A stretch of 64,000 nucleotides of DNA, from contig CAUQKK010000003.1 of NCBI GenBank assembly GCA_963519005.1, forward strand, positions 42,628 to 106,627, read 5' to 3'. The stretch comes from an uncultured Candidatus Saccharibacteria bacterium. GTDB lineage: Bacteria > Patescibacteriota > Saccharimonadia > Saccharimonadales > Saccharimonadaceae. Position 1 is the stretch's first letter. Each line of letters starts with the position of its first letter. Positions 57,688-64,000 of this stretch are shown piece after piece. Both the position numbers and the translations under genes were made by a program. The notes below the pieces were generated by a model. The model did no database searches. It was not told the origin of the DNA and saw nothing but the letters and a program-made list of their open reading frames with translations.

Positions 57688-58262
57688 CGCTCCCCCAGTA
57701 GCTCCTCAAGCTCGGCCATTGTGCGGCGATTGGCTGTGTGGAGGATAGCACGCATGCCAGCAGCTTCAGCTCCAGAGCAGTTGTCCAGCCGGTCATCAAT
57801 CATCACACATTGGCCAGGCGACACGCCGAGCCGATCTGCTGCTAGCTCGAAGGCTTCGCGGCTTGGCTTGGCAACGTGCTCGGCATACGAGAGCACCACC
57901 GCATCAAAGAGCTCGCGCAGCTCATCAGGAGTAAACAGTCGCTCGATCGTATCGCTCCCCACATTGCTCAGCAACCCCACCTTGATAGCCGGGTAACGCT
58001 GGTGCAGCGCGTGAATCATGGCGATCAGCTCGCTATTGCGCACATGCACCTGCTCGAGCAATGCCGCTATCTGGGCTGGCGTCTGCTCCGAGAGTCGCGC
58101 GACCTCTGCAATAAACTCCTGCCGCGAGATATAGCCATAGTCCGACTGCTTGTTAATATCCTCTAGCTCGGCCCGGCGATCCGGCGGGCACTGCGCCATC
58201 AGCACCTCGATGCTCCCACCATAGAGCACACCAAAACAATCAAAAATTACTGCACGAATCAT
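57684..58262 (-). CDS. HAD-family hydrolase
   Basis: IFDCFGVL, LSN, KP, IDDRLDN..GA..AGM. Confidence 0.92.
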   Translation of the reverse strand: MIRAVIFDCFGVLYGGSIEVLMAQCPPDRRAELEDINKQSDYGYISRQEFIAEVARLSEQTPAQIAALLEQVHVRNSELIAMIHALHQRYPAIKVGLLSNVGSDTIERLFTPDELRELFDAVVLSYAEHVAKPSREAFELAADRLGVSPGQCVMIDDRLDNCSGAEAAGMRAILHTANRRTMAELEELLGER

Positions 58263-58370
58263 ACGCTCGATTATACCATTGGCGGTGGGGTGTGGCTAGC
58301 ATGAGCATCAGACAATCCGCGCAGAGTCATCGCACAATCGATACCTCAAAGCCATCTTTATCCGCGTATA

Positions 58371-58410
58371 AGCTCCTCCCCCGCTTCTTCATTGGATGGA
58401 GTGTGAGGAG
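58371..58410 (-). repeat. Degenerate short form of dispersed structured repeat (copy D)
   Basis: Reverse complement CTCCTCACACTCCATCCAATGAAG..GGGGGAGGAGCT matches the short-form junction CACACTCCATCGGATGAAG. Confidence 0.6.
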
Positions 58411-58544
58411 TTGTAATAATTTTTTTGATCTTACGCAAGAGAACCGTGCTCTGGAGAGAACTAACTGTCACGGTATTTCATAAGAGGGTGCGCAAAACCA
58501 CAGTAGGTTATGTAAGCTTCGAGAGCGAGCCGCTCAGCGCCTTT

Positions 58545-59150
58545 TTATTGCGTCTTATCAAACATCGGTGCAAAGCCAGGGATCTGGTTGGCAAAGAGCG
58601 CATGAATCTTGGGCACATCGGCCTTCATCGAGCCGGGCGAACCTTGGCAGCTCGATGTCCAGATGCGCGTCTTCGTCGTGCCGCTCTCCATCGTCTCGAA
58701 GGTGTAGAGTCGCCCAGCAGTGGCACATACTCCACGCACGTCGTCGTCGTCCACACTGCGCGTGTCTTGGATCTGCGCCTTGCTCAGGGCATACACGAGC
58801 TGCTCGTAGGCCTGCTGGTTGTTCTCAAACTCTTTGCGGTCGAGCTGCTTGTCTAAGTAGCCTTGATACACCGTATATGTCCGCTTATTGGGCGAAATCT
58901 CGATCTGGTACGAGCGGAAGGTCTCGTCTGCCACAATTGGCCCACGCACCGTCCAGCGGACACTGTTGGTCGCGTTGTGCGCCACCACTTGGTCGTAGAA
59001 GCTCTCGGTCGACTGCTGCGTGTTGGTGTTGTTTGTCTCCTGGCGGGTCGCCACCATGCGAATGACCGACGCCACTGCTGCCACCACCAACGAGATCACC
59101 AAGATAGTGACAATAATCGGAAAAACTTTTGGCCGCTCGCCTTTATACAT
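58545..59150 (-). CDS. Hypothetical single-TM exported protein
   Basis: N-terminal TM, VRWTVRGPIVADE, GVCATAG..WTSSC Cys pair. Confidence 0.8.
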   Translation of the reverse strand: MYKGERPKVFPIIVTILVISLVVAAVASVIRMVATRQETNNTNTQQSTESFYDQVVAHNATNSVRWTVRGPIVADETFRSYQIEISPNKRTYTVYQGYLDKQLDRKEFENNQQAYEQLVYALSKAQIQDTRSVDDDDVRGVCATAGRLYTFETMESGTTKTRIWTSSCQGSPGSMKADVPKIHALFANQIPGFAPMFDKTQ

Positions 59151-59221
59151 GAGAGTACAATACCACAAAGCCTACGAAAACTCAATAGATCCGAGAGTAT
59201 AATGCAGAAAAACCCCTGTGA

Positions 59222-60343
59222 TTATGCCGCAAGATCGAAGCCAAAGTGCTCGGCAATAGATTGCTGTTGTTTGGTGTTTTGCGTGTTCTCGGGAGATGGC
59301 GCTGCAGTGAGCTTCTGCTCTTGCATCTGCTGCATCAACTGCATAGCAGGCTCCGACTGCTCAAGACGGCGACCCAGCTCGGCAAGGTTCTTATTTGTCT
59401 CACTCTCAATATTGCGATCAGAGAAAAAGTTCCCATAGCCACTGACAAAACGTGCGAGTGATGGGTCAGCTGCCGCAAGCGCATCATATGCAATATCGCC
59501 ATTTTTGATGCACAGCAAGAACTCTTCTGCTGCAACAGCTCGCACTGCTTCACGTGCCTTGTCGGTATTGAGAATATCGCCATGTGTCCCAGTATTCACT
59601 TGGTCTTTACCCATCACGTACTCACCAGTGTCACCCACGCCAGCTTCCAGTACTTCTGTGGTGACGCGGATTTCTATGCTCTGTTTGAGGCGATCATTGT
59701 GCGTATCAAGATGCTTGTCAATGCTAAGCTTTTCAAACTGCTGCTTCACCTTGGTCCCGGTCTTGCGTGTTTGATTGTCGAGCTTCCCCTTCTGGTTGAT
59801 ATGGATTGAGTCGCCCAAGCCATCAATCACATCAAGCGCCGCAAGCCGCGAGTCACCCTCCCCAGCCAAACGATCGGCTGTCGATGCATCAAGCTGATTA
59901 TACACTTTGCGTGCACTCGTCCGGCGGCCATTTAGCAAGTGATCGCCCTCGTCCTTAGGAGTAAGTGGCTCATATTGCTCATCCGGCAAAACACTATCCT
60001 CCTCTGCCTTGTCAGGTTCGTCAGTCTTGCTCACGTCCCAGTAGAAGCGATTTGTCGCCATCTCATCAGGGTTCTCTCGCTTATGGGATTGGGGAGAACC
60101 ATACAGCGCATTCACCTGCCTGGCAAGGTCATCCATCCGCCGGTCAGCAGCATCTGTTTTCTCAAAGGTAGTGCTGCTGGGCGCGCTGTTGCCACCAAGG
60201 CCAGCGTAGAGACTATTAACGGCAGCTTCATTTTCGGCTTGTTGCTGCGTGGCTGTTTTGTCATATCCTTTGCGGCGCTGCTCCATCTCGAGCGCCAACT
60301 GATCTGGGCTCAAATCTCTACCGTTTGGTGGCATTAAGGTCAT
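59222..60343 (-). CDS. Acidic hypothetical protein ending GFDLAA
   Basis: 373-aa ORF; GGAG SD; no signal peptide or TM. Confidence 0.8.
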   Translation of the reverse strand: MTLMPPNGRDLSPDQLALEMEQRRKGYDKTATQQQAENEAAVNSLYAGLGGNSAPSSTTFEKTDAADRRMDDLARQVNALYGSPQSHKRENPDEMATNRFYWDVSKTDEPDKAEEDSVLPDEQYEPLTPKDEGDHLLNGRRTSARKVYNQLDASTADRLAGEGDSRLAALDVIDGLGDSIHINQKGKLDNQTRKTGTKVKQQFEKLSIDKHLDTHNDRLKQSIEIRVTTEVLEAGVGDTGEYVMGKDQVNTGTHGDILNTDKAREAVRAVAAEEFLLCIKNGDIAYDALAAADPSLARFVSGYGNFFSDRNIESETNKNLAELGRRLEQSEPAMQLMQQMQEQKLTAAPSPENTQNTKQQQSIAEHFGFDLAA

Positions 60344-60517
60344 AAGGGGTATCTCCGTGAGTGTGTTGTTATTAGTTTGTTACACAATAGAACCTCCAGC
60401 AAGAAAAGTCAAGCCAGCTGCCTATATAGATCCGTTTCTCCTCTTTATATTTGTATATAATCGACAAAAAGAAGTATATAGATGTAGAAAATTAGTGGCT
60501 TTGCTCGCGCGCCGCAC

Positions 60518-61342
60518 CTACGCTGCAGGAACAAGCGTATTATCACCCTGCGGCAGGTCGCTACTATCTACATCTACTCTGTCTGGTGCAGCACTAATCT
60601 GGTTCCAGTCTTCTAAGCATGGCGTCACCGTGCGGTCACCACCCTCAATCAGTGCCTCAACCGCCACAACCAAAGGCGACTTCTCTTCATAACAGTCAAT
60701 AATGTATTGCGTTGTTCCCTGCTCACTCGTTGTTGTCACAACTATCCGAGCCGTCGCACCACCTGGCACAAGGCCAGTTGCACCAAATGTATCACGAGTA
60801 AATTGGTATGCATCGGTCACTCGCGCCTCATACGGCTCACCACCCACATCACAGCAGACCACTCGCCAATCGGCCAGATCCATCGAGTCAAATTCATAAT
60901 GCTTTAGGGCGACCATATTACCCGCCGGATCGTACAAAAAGCCATACGTTGGCCCCTTCTTTTCTATCGCGCGCAACTTGTCGAGCCGAGCGTCAAGCTT
61001 CTCTCGCTCTTTTTCATCCAGGGATTGATCTGCCAATCGACCCTCAATTTCTCTCTCTTCTCTCTGCACCTCTGCTTCAAATAGCTGACGCGCCGCTTCT
61101 TCATTCGCCGCGCGCCGCTCCATCTCTGCTTCAGTCAGGGGCTGCAGCTCACTACTCGCCTGGGCTGCTTCGATGATAGCACTGCGCACGGCGTAGTAGC
61201 TAGGAGAGTTTTGCTCATGTGTATAGCGGTCTGCGCTATCGACAGACGCTTCTGGATCATGCGGACTGGGCAGCTCAAGGCCACTACACGCTCTACCACT
61301 AGGAAATGATATATCTACTGCTTCGCCTTGTGCCATGCCCAA
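60518..61342 (-). CDS. Acidic hypothetical protein ending LVPAA
   Basis: 274-aa ORF with a coiled-coil segment; start at 61342 or 61336. Confidence 0.78.
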   Translation of the reverse strand: MGMAQGEAVDISFPSGRACSGLELPSPHDPEASVDSADRYTHEQNSPSYYAVRSAIIEAAQASSELQPLTEAEMERRAANEEAARQLFEAEVQREEREIEGRLADQSLDEKEREKLDARLDKLRAIEKKGPTYGFLYDPAGNMVALKHYEFDSMDLADWRVVCCDVGGEPYEARVTDAYQFTRDTFGATGLVPGGATARIVVTTTSEQGTTQYIIDCYEEKSPLVVAVEALIEGGDRTVTPCLEDWNQISAAPDRVDVDSSDLPQGDNTLVPAA

Positions 61343-61430
61343 CCTCTATTCTGTTTTGATTGTGATGGCACAGATTATACACCGCTGTAGGCGGTTTGTC
61401 CAGAGGTCGGCCTCTGTTCGGTTGGTGTTC

Positions 61431-63998
61431 TTAGACCTGTCCCCAATTCTCACCAATCGAGACATCGACCTTGAGCTTAACACCAAGCTGAGGGTAGATA
61501 TTCTCCATCGTCTCGCGCAGGATGCGGCCTACCTGCTCGGCATGAGTACGCGGGCACTCAACCATAATGCTATCGTGGATCTGCACCACCTGCCAACCGA
61601 TCGGCTGGCCATCGCCGTCGGCTAGCTGCTCTCCAGCCTGGGCCAGCTTGTCTTCCACCGCTAGCATGGCGAGCTTCATCAGGTCGGCCTCGGTGCCTTG
61701 GATGGGCATATTGGCAGCCGCTCGCTCGGCAGCGCTACGCACCGCAAAGTTTCGCGACGCAACATCCGGCGTCCAACGGCGGCGACCAAACAGCGTCTGG
61801 ACGAAGCCCGCATCATGCGCCTGCTGGATAGTCTGCGCCATATAGGCTTTGAGCTTCGGCCGGAGGCGGTAGTATTCATCGATGAAGTGCTGCGCCTCGG
61901 CATAGCTCATCTGCGCGGCGGCGGCCAGGCCATGCTGGCTCATCCCATAGAGCACCCCAAAGTTTACCACCTTGGCCCGGCGGCGCTGCTCCTTCGTCAC
62001 GACGTCTAGTGGCACACCATAGACCTGCGCGGCCGTATTGGCATGGATATCAATATCGGTATTAAAATCGCGAATCATCGCCTCTTCCCCCGACAGCACC
62101 GCCGCCAGGCGCAGCTCAAACTGCGAATAGTCAGCATTGACAAACACATTGCCCGGCGCTGGCACAAAGGCATCGCGGATGTGCCGCCCCAGCTCACTGC
62201 GGATAGGGATGTTTTGCAAGTTTGGGTCGGTGCTACTGAGCCGGCCCGTCGCCACCACATCTTGATTGAAGGTGGTGTGGATATAGCCCGCGTCGTCGGT
62301 CAGCTGCGGCAGCGCCTCGACATACGTATTTTGCAGCTTCGTCAGCTCGCGGTAGCGCTCCACTAGCCCAATAATCGGGTGATGCGGCCGGAGCTTATCC
62401 AGCTCCTTCTGGCTCGTCGAGTAACCCGTCTTGCCCTTCTTAATGCCCGCCGTTGGCAGCTGGAGTTTCACAAAGAGCGCCTCAGCCAGTTGAGCCGGGC
62501 TCCCAATATTAAGCTCATACCCCACCATGCCATAGATCTGCTGCTGCAACTCGGCGATCTCGCTACTCAAGGTGCGCTGCATCGCCGCAAGCGTGCGGCT
62601 ATCAAGCCGGATACCGCGCCACTCCATCCGCGCCAGCACAGGGATAAGCGGAAAGTCCATTGTCCGTGCCACCCGGGCAAGCTCGGGCAGCGCATCAAAC
62701 GCCTGAGCTTGCTCATCATACACCGCCCACAGCGCACTAATAGCAAGACGTGGGTCATCAAGCGATTCCAGCCCCGCAAGATCAGCCAGCGCCCGCGACG
62801 TGCGCAGGGGATTAAGCAAAAACGACCCCTGGGCGGTATCATGCCTCACGACTGGCAACTGCTGCACCCCACGAGCCAGTAAGTGGCGTAATAATTCCTT
62901 CGTGCGGTGCCCAACGATCGGCACATGTGGGATAACATCAACCGCATCACGCCAGCTCAGACGGGCCGCCTTGCCTCGCTCGTGGCTCACCCAGACGCCG
63001 CCCTCGACCGGCCAGACCAGCAGCTCCTGAGCCATCAGGAAGAGCGCCTTGGCTTGGCTGGCAGGCAGCTCGGTGGCATGCTGCACCACCGGTGCATCGG
63101 GCGGCTGGGTGCTCTCTGCCGCCTGCATCTGCGGTGGTAATTGGCGCAGCAAACTACGAAACTCCAGCCGCTGCAACATCGCCCGCACCGCCGCTGGGTC
63201 GCAGTTGTCCATTGCCATCGCTGCTCGGTCAAGCGTCACCGGTGCATCGGTATATAGCCGGGCCAGCTCGCGGCTCATGTAGGCCGAATCTTTGCCCTGC
63301 TCCAGCTTGCGCCGCAAGGTATCCTTGACCTGCCAGAGGTTATCATAGAGGTTGTCAAGCGTGTCGAATTGCTGCAGTAGCTTAACCGCCGTCTTCTCTC
63401 CCACCCCTGGCACGCCCGGGATATTATCCGACGCATCGCCCTTGAGGCTCTTGAAGTCGAGGAACTGGCCAATCCGAATACCATAGCGCTGCTCGAAGGC
63501 GGGGATGTCGAATTTGTCGATGTTGGTCAAGCCTTTCTTCAGGGCGTAGAGATAGGTGTTTTGGTCGAGAATCTGCAGAGCATCGAGGTCGCTCGTGATG
63601 AGATACGTCTCGATATCCCCCTGCTGCTCGGCCTGGGCGTCGAGCGTCGCCATAATATCGTCTGCCTCATAATCATCAAACTCATACAGCGGCCAACCAA
63701 ACGCCTGCAAAAGCTCGTGGAGTAGTGGTATCTGGGCGTAAAAATCTGACGGAGCTGGCTTGCGACCAGCCTTGTATTGGTCGTAAATGGCAAGACGGCG
63801 GCGGATATTCGTCTTGGGCTTATCCCACGCCACGCACACATAGTCTGGCTGGAGGCGCTTGATCAGCTCCAGGCTCAGCGCCGCAAAGCCATACACCCCG
63901 CCAGTTGGCGTCCCGTCGGCCGTCGAAAGGTTGGGCATGGCATAATACCCACGGTAGAACACACTTTTGCCATCGATAATCACTAGGCGCTTCATCAT
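61431..63998 (-). CDS. polA: DNA polymerase I
   Basis: IDGKSVFYRGYY, EADD, GDASDNIPGVPGVG 5'-3' exonuclease; TGRLSSTDPNLQNIP, ADYSQFELR, KVVNFGVLYG, QIHD. Confidence 0.98.
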   Translation of the reverse strand: MMKRLVIIDGKSVFYRGYYAMPNLSTADGTPTGGVYGFAALSLELIKRLQPDYVCVAWDKPKTNIRRRLAIYDQYKAGRKPAPSDFYAQIPLLHELLQAFGWPLYEFDDYEADDIMATLDAQAEQQGDIETYLITSDLDALQILDQNTYLYALKKGLTNIDKFDIPAFEQRYGIRIGQFLDFKSLKGDASDNIPGVPGVGEKTAVKLLQQFDTLDNLYDNLWQVKDTLRRKLEQGKDSAYMSRELARLYTDAPVTLDRAAMAMDNCDPAAVRAMLQRLEFRSLLRQLPPQMQAAESTQPPDAPVVQHATELPASQAKALFLMAQELLVWPVEGGVWVSHERGKAARLSWRDAVDVIPHVPIVGHRTKELLRHLLARGVQQLPVVRHDTAQGSFLLNPLRTSRALADLAGLESLDDPRLAISALWAVYDEQAQAFDALPELARVARTMDFPLIPVLARMEWRGIRLDSRTLAAMQRTLSSEIAELQQQIYGMVGYELNIGSPAQLAEALFVKLQLPTAGIKKGKTGYSTSQKELDKLRPHHPIIGLVERYRELTKLQNTYVEALPQLTDDAGYIHTTFNQDVVATGRLSSTDPNLQNIPIRSELGRHIRDAFVPAPGNVFVNADYSQFELRLAAVLSGEEAMIRDFNTDIDIHANTAAQVYGVPLDVVTKEQRRRAKVVNFGVLYGMSQHGLAAAAQMSYAEAQHFIDEYYRLRPKLKAYMAQTIQQAHDAGFVQTLFGRRRWTPDVASRNFAVRSAAERAAANMPIQGTEADLMKLAMLAVEDKLAQAGEQLADGDGQPIGWQVVQIHDSIMVECPRTHAEQVGRILRETMENIYPQLGVKLKVDVSIGENWGQV

Positions 63999-64000
63999 AG

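Noticed and set aside
1..64000. CRISPR array, IS transposase, integrase or prophage
   Set aside because: No regularly spaced direct repeats and no recognisable mobile-element or phage structural genes.

Overview
A 64-kb chromosomal segment, most likely from a Candidatus Saccharibacteria (TM7, Patescibacteria/CPR) genome. This is inferred from the SSB C-terminus DLSEIPF, a pilM-N-O-x-pilB-pilT-pilC locus without a secretin, and a degenerate DHH protein beside truB. The code is standard code 11 (conserved genes end at TGA) and nearly all genes are on the minus strand. The window holds a type IV pilus assembly operon with a large secreted protein upstream, tRNA-Arg(CCT), and housekeeping genes (ychF, tlyA, efp, rpsR-ssb-rpsF, rpsG-rpsL, ftsK, rnj, pnp, rpsO, truB, rpsT, holA, mutM, polA). 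Accessory units include Rrf2+YhgE/Pip, PadR+ABC exporter, a GH135-like surface enzyme, a methyltransferase and many orphan genes. The most notable unexplained signals are: (1) a structured ~150-bp repeat in long and short forms, whose two long copies bracket the pilus locus in inverted orientation; (2) two ORF-free tracts (~1.6 and ~2.9 kb) flanking the rpsF-ssb-rpsR-efp operon and rich in TGCA-(A/T)n-TGCA palindromes; (3) orphan proteins ending in an ssrA-like F-x-L-A-A; (4) about a dozen apparently leaderless genes; (5) structured leaders before rpsL and before a phage-like orphan. No CRISPR array, transposase or integrase was seen. All product calls come from motif recognition by eye, without database searches.
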